Of a stretch of 63,663 bases of DNA, positions 26,086 through 39,252 are shown piece after piece; position 1 is the first letter of the stretch; each line of letters opens with the position of its first letter. Below the pieces are notes generated by a model. It searched no databases, was not told the DNA's origin, and saw only the letters and a list, made by a program, of their open reading frames with translations. The translations under genes and the position numbers were made by a program. The stretch spans positions 1-63,663 of the forward strand of contig NW_021831877.1 of NCBI RefSeq assembly GCF_006345805.1. The letters are read 5' to 3'. Source of the stretch: Octopus sinensis (lineage: Eukaryota).

Positions 26086-26418
26086 ATGAATTTGTGTTGC
26101 CAGATTCCTGATGTGAAACCGTGTGTTGAAACAGATATTGTTATATTTCGGGATTGTCATTTTTTTCTTTTTTTGCCAAGTAAACACACACGCTATGTAT
26201 TTGTTCTTCACTCGCTTATTACTCTTCTTATTTTAACTTATGTCCAATGTCCAGAAATCTTTCATAATACATCTGTGGCCTCTTCAGCGACCCTTTCCGT
26301 CCTTGTGTATCCTCCTGCTCCACTTAGTCCATTCTGTCCTTCTGTGATGTGTATCCTTATCTGCGCATGCGATTGCATCTGTATCTGTGTGTGTGCATGT
26401 GTGTGTATGTGTGTGTGT

Positions 26419-26471
<53 letters not shown>

Positions 26472-27003
26472 CGTTCGTGCGTACGTGTGATTACGTGTGT
26501 CTATGTGTATATTTTGTATAGATTGTACTGTTCTCTATTGCTATTGAAGAAACCATAAGCGTATATTCAATATAGAAGACACCTTGGACTGAATTCTTAA
26601 TTTATAGAAGAAAAACGGTAACACCTTCGCATACACACAACACACATGCCCCCTATCCACCCAGTAATCTACGAATCAATGCATCTCATTAATAAATTGA
26701 TTTTCAACTACAAACTAACATTTGAAGCCCTCTATCAATATTGATTTTTAACAGGCGATCATGACTGCATATCGATTCACAGACTTTAACGTACTTATAA
26801 AATTTTTAGACGACACAAATGGGATTTGATCTCATAAATCATATAAGTGTAACCCCATGTACCTGAATACATTTGTCCAGATGTCTGTGAAATATACATT
26901 TGTCTTCAGCACAACAGTTGTCCAACTTTATCTTTAGTAACCAAGGAACTAAACAGAAACTAACCAGACGTTGGGCAAAATGCCTTATGGTATTTAGTTA
27001 TAA

Positions 27004-27393
27004 GGGCGGCGAGCTGGCAGAAACGTTAGCACGCCGGGCGAAATGCTTAGCGGTATTTCGCCTGCTGCTACGTTCTGAGTTCAAATTCCGATGAGGTCGA
27101 TTAAATAAGTACCAGTCACGCACTGGGGTCGATATAATCGCCTTAATCCGTTTGTCTGTCCTTGTTTCTCCCCTCTGTGTTTAGCCCCTTGTGGGTAGTA
27201 AAGAAATAGGTATTTCGTCTGCCGCTACGTTCTGAGTTCAAATTTCCGCTGAGGTCGACTTTGCCTTTGAACCTTTCGGGGTCGATTAAATAAGTACCAG
27301 TTACGCACAGGGGTCGATATAATTGACTTAATCCGTTTGTCTGTCCTTGTTTGTCCTCTCTGTTTTTAGCCCCTTGTGGGTAGTAAAGAAATA
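27004..27393 (+). mobile_element. SINE family B head-to-tail dimer with 15-bp TSD
   Basis: TSD ggtatttagttataa at 26989-27003 and 27394-27408; body repeated from the internal ggtatttcg site. Confidence 0.88.
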
Positions 27394-28769
27394 GGTATTT
27401 AGTTATAACCTTTTATATTCTATGTTCACACCGCACCGAGGGTAACATTACCTTTCATTCACTTGGGGCCGGTAAAGCAAATTTCCTGTGAAATTTTGAA
27501 GAATAATTCCAATTTTCTGTTTATGGTAAAGATTATTATTACTGAGCCAGAGTGAAGGTCTTCTGATATGTTTCGGTCAAAACTGACCAGGCCATGACTA
27601 ATTCAAAAGCATCATATATTCTGTTTAAGTCATTTTAAAGTCGGGTTTTGTGGTAGCATGGCCTATTCATGTAGGGAATTGTCATTGGCTGAGATATATC
27701 CAGGTATGGGCGGCTTATGAGGTATCCCGTGAAGAAAATAGAAACTAAATCTATTTTAGAACACTTTTCACCATCTTGAAAAATGTAATGACACATTCTA
27801 CATTGTATTCCTAGATACGCTATGTCTGAATAAACGATTGCATAGTGATAGTCGAAAAACTTTTGATCGTAGGACTGTTGGCTAGGAACTGATCTGAGGC
27901 TAAATAACAACAGCAACAACAACAACAATAATGAAGGACACGTTAGTTGTGGTTCTAGATATTTTATTCTTTTAATAAAAGTTGGGTTGGTCAAAGATGG
28001 AATGTCTTTGATCATAAGTTTGCTTTATGAACACAGGCTTAGAAGTCGAAACTATGTTCTTAATACATATATAAATTTATCTAATAACGTTATCTATTCA
28101 TTCTCGATTCGATTTGTTGCATTCGAACGTTGATATTCTTATCGCTGTTGTTTTGCCTTCAGCAGGCATGAAATATTTTTGTTAGCTTCGTCGGTACTCT
28201 TTTACTCTTTTACTTGCTTCAGTCATTTCAGTCATTACTATTTTACTTGTTTGCGGCCATGCTGGAGCACCGCCTTTAGTCGAACAACTCGACCCCAGGA
28301 CTTATTCTTTGGAAGCCTAGTACTTATTCTATCAGTCTCTTTTGCCGAACCGCTAAGTTACGGGGACGCTAAGTTATGATGTGTCGTTGGAGGGTCATTA
28401 TGTCAGTAATAATAATCACACGCACTGGTTCAATATCTCTAAATCTCTGGCTGACTCAAGGCAGACACTGAACAGGGGAGGCGTGTCATTGAAAAGGTCG
28501 CAGGTAGTGACAAGCAAACTGTTGAATTGTTTAAACAGAACATTAAACAAACGAGCGATTAGTTTGTTGGTTAGATAATTAACGAATTGACTAACAATAA
28601 AAAAAAAGTGATACGGAGCCGGTGCGTGTGTTATTGGTGTAATGAGCGTCCCAAGAGAAGATTTTTCAACACACCAATTCACATGAAGAGTCTTGCAAAT
28701 CAAATACAAAAACGTAATACACACACATAGAATCACATGTACACACATATAGTGATATTCTTTTTTCTT

Positions 28770-28980
28770 TCTTTTATTCTTTTACTTGTTTCAGTCATTT
28801 GACTGCGGCCATGCTGGAGCACCGCCTTTAGTCGAGCAAACTGACCCCAGGACTTATTCTTTGTAAACCTAGTACTTATTCTATCGGTCTCTTTTGCCGA
28901 ACCGCTAAGTGACGGGGACGTAAACACACCAACATCGGTTGTCAAACGATGTTGGGTGGAGGACAAACACAGACACACAA

Positions 28981-29027
<47 letters not shown>

Positions 29028-29202
29028 CATATATACGACTGTCATGTTTCAGTTCCCGTCTACCAAATCCACTCACAAAACTTTGGTCGACCGGAGACTA
29101 TATAGTAGAAGACACTTGCCCAAGGTGCCACGCAGTGGGACTGAACCAGGAACAATGTGGTTGGGAAACAAGCTACTTACCACACACCCACTCCTGCGCT
29201 CT
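28770..29202 (-). mobile_element. SINE family A, full length
   Basis: Complete body with internal (CA)n(TA)n; a partial copy also lies at ~28195-28375. Confidence 0.88.
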
Positions 29203-30225
29203 ATGTAAATATATATTGATAATTTTGCATCAACTTCAGGTTTTCCTTGATGTCGTTTTCAAGTAAGACTTCGTTGAACTGACCAATAAAGCAAAACTAT
29301 CAGTCATCATGAAATCAATAATATATTATCAATAAATTCTTTTCTACTTAACATATTGATTTCTAACATCAGCAAATTCTTTGTTTAATACATGAATATG
29401 TGTGGGAGGTGGGTGGAGTGTGACGCAGATCTGTTTCTTTGCTAGAAAGACGGAAAGTGTGCATATGAAGCGCAGAACAAAAAAAAAAGAAGAGAAGAAA
29501 AAGAGAAGAAATTGAAGAGGGAAAGGAAGAGAAAGAAGAAGAACAAGAAGAACAAGAAGAACAAGAAGAACAAGAAGAAGAAGAACAACAACAACAACAA
29601 CAAAAACAAGAAGAAGAAGAAGAGGAAGCAGAAGAAGAAGAAGTACGAAGAAGAAGAAGAAGAAGAAGAAGAAGAAGAACAACAACAACAACGACGACAA
29701 CGACAACAACGAAAAACAAGAAGAAGAAGGAGGAGGAGGAGGTGGAGGACGGAATCAAGAAGTCACGCTCTGCTTGTTTCGGGACAGAAACTATAACGTT
29801 AGCAAGTTAAGCAGAACAAAACGGAGAAAGATGTTGGAAAGGTAGGAGATGCCCGCTGGGAAATAAGGGTTCATTAGCTTGACCTGGCCAGATATACAAA
29901 GCCACATTCTTTTGAGCAGACTTTTAGTCTCCATTGAAGGGATCACACCGTCTGACCACTAAACGGACCTCCCCACTGTGAAGAAGTGGAAACCCGTTAT
30001 TAAGGATACGTGTGTGTTTGTGTGTATGTATATAAATGTATATAGATACATCTAATCATACGTATACACCTAGACACGCATAACTATACATACATGTGTG
30101 TGTTTATATACATACATACACATAAGTATGTAGTATATATATATATATGTCAGTAAATGGTGATATATATATATATATACATACATACATTATATATCTA
30201 TATGTGTCTATCTGTCTGTCTGTCT

Positions 30226-30256
<31 letters not shown>

Positions 30257-30311
30257 ATGGATATATATTATATATATATATAATATATGTATATATATAT
30301 ATATATATGTA

Positions 30312-30418
<107 letters not shown>

Positions 30419-30880
30419 TATATTTATGTATGTATGTATACACACATATATATTCGTATGTATGATGCGTGTATGTACATATATTCGCTTGTTTGCATGT
30501 GTCTGTGTATGTTTGTGCAATATATGCGTGTATATATATAGGAGTATGCTTGTGAGCATGTGTGTTTGTGTGTGTGTGTGCGTGCTTGTATGTGTGCTCC
30601 ATATTCTTTTTTTTTTTTTTTCGTTTTCGCAACTGCAACATGAAGAGCGACGACAAGTGGAGATGAAACGGGTGGAGACGAAACGGGTGGAAAAAAATCT
30701 TAACTTTTTCATCTTTCTTTGTCCAACGTGCTGCCTTCTTTCCTCTTTCTCTCTCTGTCCTTCTATCGCTCTCTCTTTCCTTCTCCATCACCCCTCCCTC
30801 TCTTGTAACCTTTATCCACTTCTAATTAGAAAACTGTCTTTTGATCTACCACTTGAGAATCGTTCTTTGTGTCCTTGTTA

Positions 30881-30921
<41 letters not shown>

Positions 30922-31143
30922 GCTCTCAGCCTCCTTCCCTCTCACGTACTCTCTCTCTGTCTCTATTAGTCTATTCCTTTTGTTCACATTTTTATGTTTT
31001 TACTCGTTGAGTCTGGAAGAAGGGACAGAGCCCATGACTATTGTAGGTTCTCTGACAACTCGTAAGATTAATACTGTTCAATGTTTTTATCAAACTTGGT
31101 CAACACCTGCAGGAAGAAATACATAAAAGTGGAGGAGATTCCA

Positions 31144-31515
31144 GAACAAACTGCCGGCATCAGTTGTTAGTTGTCGGAGCACTGCATCCTTCAAAACTTC
31201 CATGCTTCCTGAGATTCGCCAACACTACACCTGATTTTCTCCCCTCCATACACACGCAAGCATGGAACAAACTGCCGGCATCAGTTGTTAGTTGTCGGAG
31301 CACTGCATCCTTCAAAACTTCCATGCTTCCTGAGATTCGCCAACACTACACCTGATTTTCTCCCCTCCATACACACGCAAGCATGTATCTGATTCATACA
31401 CTGTTCGCTTTCCAGACATTTGTACATTACTGCATGTACTTTATACGCACTTTCTGACAAGTTGTGGTCCACCTGAGCACTGTATACAATAATTTCATTA
31501 TTATTTTTTATTATT
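31144..31515 (+). mobile_element. CR1/L2-like LINE 3' end with 121-bp tandem duplication
   Basis: WNKLPASVV..SFK C-terminal motif, 3' UTR ending in (ATT)n; 31144-31264 is duplicated at 31265-31385. Confidence 0.7.
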
Positions 31516-31559
31516 ATAGAATGATATTCTGGGTGAGGGATTGAGCAAATGTTTAGAGC

Positions 31560-31911
31560 GGAAAAATCAAGGGCTGGATGCACCAAAGGTGATAAGAGTC
31601 GTTGTGACGGGTGCATCGGAGGGTGTTTGCATGGTGGTGGCAGCTTGTATAAGACCAGCCAGCTCCTATGACCAGAGATGGTCTATGGTAGCAATAGAAA
31701 TAAAAAAAAATCCAGCCAAGAACTGCTCGTTACTGGACCAAAGGCTGAAGTTTTCCCTTAATGATTGTATACCAATCAGTAGAGCGACCCTTCTCTGGAT
31801 GATTTCAACATCCATCGTGTGTATGGCCATGTAGCATTGTCCGAGACGTGTGTGTGTGTGGGGGGTGTAGTGGTACTCCATTGTGACCCTCTCTTTACTC
31901 GTGTAAAGCAA
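31560..31911 (-). mobile_element. Highly decayed CR1/L2-type RT C-terminal fragment
   Basis: LYTS..RVTMEY and EIIQRRV resemble LYxSxVRPxLEY and ExVQRRA. Confidence 0.45.
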
Positions 31912-32049
31912 TTTTTCTCAACAATTTTTGTTAAACTCCATTGCCATTTGATGTTTTAAAAATATCTTATTATATTTTATAATTATACTATTGCCGGATC
32001 ATAGTGCTAGTGCATGCATATACAGATGTGTGCGTGCGCACATACACGC

Positions 32050-32346
32050 GAGTACTGTCCAAATCTCCGACCAATCACATACAGTTAGCTGGCATTCAAT
32101 TGGCGTATCAGATTTTGGGCATTTTGATTGGGTTTTGAATAGAAAATTCACAAAAAAAGTCACTTCTATTGATTTTTTAATGGCTTTGCGGGGTGACTAA
32201 GGAAATGTAAAGATGTGCACGACCACTCTTGGACGGTTTTAAATGACCATAGAAAGTGCGAGGTCTCTAACTGAAAAATTGTGGGTTTGTATAAAGGATA
32301 CACACACAGACAGACAGACATTTTGCCGTTTATATATAGAGAGATA
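32050..32346 (+). mobile_element. Possible non-autonomous Helitron/Helentron-type (HINE-like) repeat
   Basis: Ends in acacacagacagacagac..tttatatatagagagat, a terminal pattern typical of such elements; 5' end unclear. Confidence 0.3.
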
Positions 32347-33004
32347 TTAGGATTGTATAGACAAAAGTTTCGAAATATTTTGTGTATTACAGAAATATAG
32401 CCAATTTTCTGCAGATAAATTTTAATAAGAAAATCTTATAACGATCCCTAAAGGTTTAGGGTGTCGGCAGTGTAGTGTAGAGAGTCAATAGTTATTAGAG
32501 GATGAAGCGCAAAGTTGGTCTCTGATAGGCTGTCCTAGCTATGGTAAGGACGTGCTTACCATATAGTGAGGTTTGGCATTTGGAGTGACTCTTAGGGCCA
32601 CGGATGAATGCTGCTCAAGTTTATGGATTGGTATTCCGTTCAGGGGGAATTTTGTGATCTCTGTCACTTAAGCCAAACCGAGTAACCGGTCGTACAAGTC
32701 TTAGGACTCAAACTGTAATGTTTTAAATATATAACTCAAGATGGCATTCTTGCATTTATTCTCTTCCAATATAAGATCTATTTTATTGTTTTTTTTTTTG
32801 TCACTCTGTGAGAATACCACACAAGTGTGTACATACAAGCATTCATACGAACATACATGCATACAAACATGTATGTGTGTATGTATGTATATATGTATGT
32901 ATGTATCTATTTATCTATCTATCTTGGGCAAATACATACAGTATACGTATGTATGCTCTGTCTGTCTACCTGTCTGTCTGTCTGTCTGATTACCGGTCTC
33001 TGAT

Positions 33005-33010
33005 AGTCTG

Positions 33011-33092
<82 letters not shown>

Positions 33093-33130
33093 CACCTATC
33101 TATCTGTCTGTCTATTTATCTATTTGTCTG

Positions 33131-33215
<85 letters not shown>

Positions 33216-33240
33216 TTATCTAGCTAGCTATCTATTTATC
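33005..33240. repeat. (TCTA)n microsatellite
   Basis: Direct inspection. Confidence 0.95.
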
Positions 33241-34104
33241 TACCTCTACTCATACTTACATTATGCTTGCATAATGTTTCCATATTTAAATAATTCCCAT
33301 AATTTTTGACGGCTAACACGCTACCTAGAACATATAAAACGGCTTTTTACAAGTTATTACTATCTTAAATGTTGGGTTACTACCTACAAAATGGGCTGTT
33401 TTATAAATTCTTTGCACTCAAAATTTTTGAAGACACTCTGGGGAAAATAAGGCAAAATATAGCGCTTGTATGAAAAACATAACGCTTGTACCATAACTTT
33501 TAAAGATATGTTTGAAAACAAAATGTCGTTCAGTAAAGTGATATCCCCTACCGCGCTTAAAATAACAAGTAAACGTAATTTATTATCGGAAATGAAATTA
33601 AAAGAAAAAGAAAGTGCTAAAAAATATTTTTTAAAGATCACCATTTAACTTGTTTAAACATCATTAATTTATAGTGAAGGTGAATATGTAGCCGACTCAG
33701 ATTTTAGAAATGTATGAATACGTTTGTATTCAGTGACTCCCGCAGGCTTGACAATAAAAATGCAGATGAAAATTGTGGAAGTCACAAGATAGCGTGCAAA
33801 TAAGCATAATCGGTGTGTGAGAAACTCAAAAAGATGAAAAAAAACTGTTTAGAGTTTTTGAGAGAAAATTTTCGGGGTCAGAAGACAGAACGCGCGTGAC
33901 TAGAAATGCATATTTATGTTAAAATCAATGATCAACTGGATTATGAGTAGTTAATGCAATTTTGACTAATAGGAGCAAGTGTAGTAAGATATTTCCTTCC
34001 CGACCACACAGTTCCGAGTTCGGTCAGGTGAACCTAAGCCTTAAGAGTGGATTTGGTGCACACGCATACACATATGTATAGTACATATCTATATGTGTGT
34101 GTAA

Positions 34105-34810
34105 AAGGCGGCGAGCTGGCAGAAACGTTAGCACACCGGGCGAAATGCGTAGCCGTATTTCGTCTGCCGTTACGTTCTGAGTTCAAATTCCGCCGAGGTC
34201 GACTTTGCCTTTCATCCTTTCGGGGTCGATAAATTAAGTACCAGTTACGCACTGGGGTCGATGTAATCGACTTAATCCGTTTGTCCGTCCTTGTTTGTCC
34301 CCTCTATGTTTAGCCCCTTGTGGGTAGTAACGAAATATATATGTGTGTGTGTATATCTTTATTACTGTGTTTGTCCTCCACCGTCGTTTGAAAACCTATT
34401 TCTTTATTGCCCACAAGGGGCTAAACACAGAGGGGACAGACAAGGACAGACAAACGGATTAAGTCAATTACATCGACCCCCAGTGCGTAACTGGTACTTA
34501 TTTAATCGACTCCGAAAGGATGAAAGGCATAGTCGACCTTGGCAGAATATGAACTCTGAACGTAGCGGCAGACGAAATACCTATTTCTTTACTACCCACA
34601 AGGGGCTAAACACAGAGGGGAGAAACAAGGACAGACAAACGGATTAAATCGATTTTATCGACCCCAGTGCGTAACTGGTACTTATTTAATCGACTCCGAA
34701 TGGATGAAAGGCAGAGTCGACCTCGACGGAATTTGTACTCAGAACGTAACGACAGACGAAATACCGCAAAGCATTTCGCCCGTCGTACTAACGTTTCTGC
34801 CAGCTCGCCA
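34105..34810. mobile_element. Cluster of SINE B copies: + copy 34105-34336, - dimer 34397-34810
   Basis: Dimer flanked by the TSD tcgtttgaaaacc. Confidence 0.85.
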
Positions 34811-35044
34811 TCGTTTGAAAACCGCCGAGAGTTTGTAATTTATGGTTTGGCAAAAGGCTGATAAAATAAGTACATGCATAAATACTGGAGTCGATTTGCT
34901 CGATTAAAAAAAACCCTTAAAGGCGCGATCCCAGCATGACTGCCATCCAATGACTGAAACAAGTAAAGGATAGGAAATATTATTGGAACGCTGTTTTTTG
35001 TTTATATAGATATAAAATCAAAGAAAATACTGGCTTTTAATACA

Positions 35045-35551
35045 TGCTAAAATTATATTCGTAAGATATATATAGGGTAGCGAATATTCTTAGAAATTTC
35101 ACCAACAGTGGCCTAGCATGTATAAATAGTATATAGACAACATATTCTCAATATAAAATAGTGTACAGTTAAACACAAGAGAAAACTACTTTTAACAGGT
35201 AATTCTTTTAGCGTGTAAAAATTACCTGTTAAAAGTAGTTTTTCTCTTATATATATATATATATATATATTGGATAATGAAACGAATGGTTTACACCTGG
35301 TAGCTTACTGGTAACGCACGGTCACTTTCACAGCGATCGTTAGATATGTGGCAAATGAAAGACGAAGATCGAATGTACGAGAATTTATTATTAAACACGA
35401 CAATACATCTCGACGAAATACATCTGCACCACCGGATGCCTCTGAACCAGTTGTTGAGTGACCCACCCATGAGAAATCGATGCCAGATATGTCGAAACAA
35501 CTGTCGTGATTAATAATAAAATCTCGTATATTCCATCTTCCGTCTTTCATT

Positions 35552-35594
<43 letters not shown>

Positions 35595-36210
35595 AGAAAA
35601 CTAACTTTTTAACAGGTAATTTTTACACGCTAAAAGAATTACCTGTTAAAGGTAGTTTTCTCTTGTTTTAACTGTACCTATTTTTTTATATTGAGAATAT
35701 GTTGTCTATTGACTTTTTATACATGCAAGGCCACTGTTGGTGAAATTTCTAAGAATATTCGCTACCCTCTTTCTCTTTCTTTTCTCTCTTTTACTTGTTT
35801 CAGTCATTTGACTGCGGCCATGCTGGAGCACCGCCTTTAATCGAGCAATTCGACCCCGGGACTTATTCTTTGTAAGCCCAGTACTTATTCTATCGCTAAG
35901 TGACGGGGACGTAAACACACCAGCATCGATTGTCAAGCAATGCTAGGGGGACAAACCACAAACACACACACATACACATATAGATCTATACATATATACG
36001 ACAGGCCAGGCTTCTTTCAGTTTCCGTCTACCAAATCCACTCACAAGGCATTGGTCGGCTCGGGGCTATAGCAGAAGACACTTGCCAAGATGCCACGCAG
36101 TGGACTGAACCCGGAACCATGGGTTGGTAGCAAGCTACTTACCACACAGCCACTCCTGCGCCTATAACCACTCTCCTGCGCCTATATATCTTACGAATAT
36201 GATTTTAGCA
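35045..36210. repeat. Long nested inverted repeat (right arm interrupted by SINE A)
   Basis: Left arm 35045-~35270; right arm ~35556-35768 plus 36183-36210. Each arm contains a hairpin aagagaaaactac..aacaggtaatt/aattacctgtt..gtagttttctctt. Second, inner IR at 35344-35402 / 35502-35560. Confidence 0.88.
35770..36182 (-). mobile_element. SINE family A
   Basis: Full body with duplicated head end. Confidence 0.88.
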
Positions 36211-36331
36211 TTCGAAGATCGGTTCGCATTTTCCATTTACTGCCGACTGAAACTGCGCTTGCACGGTGAATTTTGAAAATTATAACAAATAATGATGAGA
36301 ACGTGTTATTTGTATCTAAATTATATGTTAC

Positions 36332-36698
36332 TTACTCTTTTACTCTTTACTCTTTTACTTGTTTCAGTCATTTGACTGCGGCCATGCTGGAGCACCACCT
36401 TTTAGTACTTATTCTAATCGGTCTCTTTTTGCCGAACCGCTAAGTGACGGGGACCTAAACACACCAGCATCGTTGTCAAGGCAATGCTAGGGGGACAAAC
36501 ACAGACAACCAAACCCACAGATATACATATATATACATATATACGACAGCTTCTTTCAGTTTCCGTCTACCAAATCCACTCACAAGGCATTGGTCGGCCC
36601 GTGCTATAGCAGAAGACACTTGCCAAGATGCCACGCAGTGGGACTGAACCCGCAACCGTGTGGTTGGTTAGCAAGCTACTTACCACACAGCCACTCCT
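36332..36698 (-). mobile_element. SINE family A
   Basis: Body with (ttactct)n tail. Confidence 0.88.
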
Positions 36699-36699
36699 A

Positions 36700-36772
36700 A
36701 CGGTTACTGATGAGGATTCGCCTAGCAAATTATTTTATTTGCTAAAGAAATCTGAAACCAAGGTATAACCGT
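36700..36772 (+). ncRNA. Type I hammerhead ribozyme
   Basis: Stem I acggtta/taaccgt; core CTGATGA (36707-36713); stem II ggatt/aatct extended by tagcaaat/atttgcta; GAAA (36754-36757); minimal stem III A-CC-aa-GG-U; predicted cleavage after GUA at 36765. Confidence 0.8.
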
Positions 36773-36920
36773 AAAAAAAATAACAAGGTAAAAGTTTTCA
36801 TTTTTCATTCCCTTCGAAAATTGCTCTTAAATGTGGTTTTGGTCGTTTTGACTGCTTCTTCTAGCGTATAAAAATTACCTGTAAAAGGTAGTTTTCTCTT
36901 GTGTTTAAATGTACACTATT

Positions 36921-36963
<43 letters not shown>

Positions 36964-37680
36964 TTATGTATGTATGTATAAATATGTGTATTTGTGTGTG
37001 TGTACGCACGTCACTGAACTTCATTTGCCAATCTTCTCTTGAAGAAGGGAGCCAGACTTACTGTAGTATCTTCATGTGACAACTCACCAGTTGAAAACCC
37101 ATCGATTATTCCCTTGCATATTATGATCAGTATGTAAATCTGTGATGCCTGAAAAAGTTTTGACAAGACACTATACAACTTTTTTTTTATCACATTATAA
37201 TAGATAAAGAACGATCTTGATTTGATTTTTCGAACCTTATTGAGTCCTCATCACAGGTATCTATATCAATTTGATCAATCCCAGAAAAACAAGCGGCCAA
37301 TCTGTTTATATACTCATCAATTACAATAGCTACAGAAAACTGCAACTACTTCTTTGCATACCACAAGTATATACTCCATAAATTAAAAATGATGAACAAC
37401 CGTAATCAATTTTCTAACCTTATTGACTTCTTATCAGAGCTTAATTTCCTGCCTTATTGACTTCTCATGAGAGCTTAATATCAAACTTAATTGGGTTTAT
37501 CCGTAGTACCTCCATATCAGTTCGATTTAGAATTTACTCATAGCGACTGGATGTTGTGGACTTAGCCCCGGATGAAAAAGTTAGAATATAGTTCTATTTC
37601 ATTCGAGCACTAGTATGTGTTTTCTATACTCAGCGTATATAGCTCAACGCCTATTGAATGTATGTGTGTGTAGATGAACA

Positions 37681-37711
<31 letters not shown>

Positions 37712-37748
37712 ATATATATATATATACATACGTTATCATACGTATGTT

Positions 37749-37795
<47 letters not shown>

Positions 37796-38820
37796 ATATA
37801 ATATATATACATACGTTTATATACGTATGTTTATTATATTATATACAATATATATATATATGCACAAACTGTATATTACCGCGCACACAAAACTCACACA
37901 CGCACACGCATACACACCTACACAAAAAATACTCACACACGCACACGCATACACACAACCACACACACACACACACAACACACACTCATGCTTATTTGAA
38001 GATCATAGATTAAAACTGCAAGCGTTTTATATTTTGTCTTTTTATTGTCTTTTATTGTGGACGTATGCCCCGTGCCTGTCTTCGTTTACAATTACCATCC
38101 TTAGCCACGCTGTAACCTGGAGCTATTGCAATTCATTTTTACGAGTCTGCTTTTGTGAATAGCCCCTGATGTCTTCTACCTCCTTCCAGCCTATTTGTAC
38201 ACCTTTTATGCTAATAAGAATATACCTTTTCTTAGTTTCTTTTATTAGTGTTTTTTGTTGTTGTTGTCTGTTTTGTGTTCTTTTGTTCTTTTTCTTTTTT
38301 TTTTGTAGTTTGTGTTGTGTGTGCGTGTGCGTGCATGTATGCGTGTGTATGTATGTATATATGTGTGCGTGTGTATGTGTGTGTGTGCGTATTGTCTGGA
38401 TGATACTGGACTTGTAAAAATAGTCAGTGTTCAAGACAAAATTCAAGAAGTTAGGACAAAAGACAAGAACAAAAACAAAAACAAACAAACAAACAGAAAA
38501 AAAACACCGATAACAATAATAACAACAATAATAACAACCTTCTCATCTTCCTTCACCATCTTCACCGCCACAACTACCACAAGAGCTACCACCACCAGCA
38601 ACTACAACACTACCACCGCCACCACCATCATCATCACCTTCCGCCGCTACCACTACCGCCGCAGTTACCGAAACCACCACGACCACCACCACCACCACCC
38701 CCGCTACAAAAACAGCAGCCACAACAACAAAAGCCACAATAATAAAGGTAACATCGAAACTTACTAGCTCCAGTATAGCAGATTACAAAAAGAACAAAAA
38801 CAGAATCACTTACTACCAAA

Positions 38821-38952
38821 GAAAGTAAGAAAGAAAGAAGGAAGGAGACAAAGTAAGAAAGAAAGAAGGAAGGAGAGAAAGTAAGAAAGAAAGAAAGAAG
38901 GAGAGAAAGTAAGAAAGAAAGAAAGAAGGAGAGAAAGTAAGAAAGAAAGAAA
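38821..38952. repeat. ~28-bp purine-rich minisatellite (gaaagtaagaaagaaagaaggaaggaga)
   Basis: 4-5 tandem units. Confidence 0.85.
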
Positions 38953-39200
38953 TGTAAAATGGCAGCCGTTACAAAAACAAAAATAGCTATATATATTTTT
39001 TTACCGCCACAAAAATCATAAGCTGCAATAACAACTTCTACTATTACTACTGTTACCGCCACCACTACCACTACACGACCACCACTACCAACACAACCAC
39101 CACCATCACCATCACCACCACCACCACCACAACTTCAACTACTGCTACTCTATCACCACCACCAGCAGCACCATCTCCACCACCATCAACACCGCCGCCG

Positions 39201-39252
<52 letters not shown>

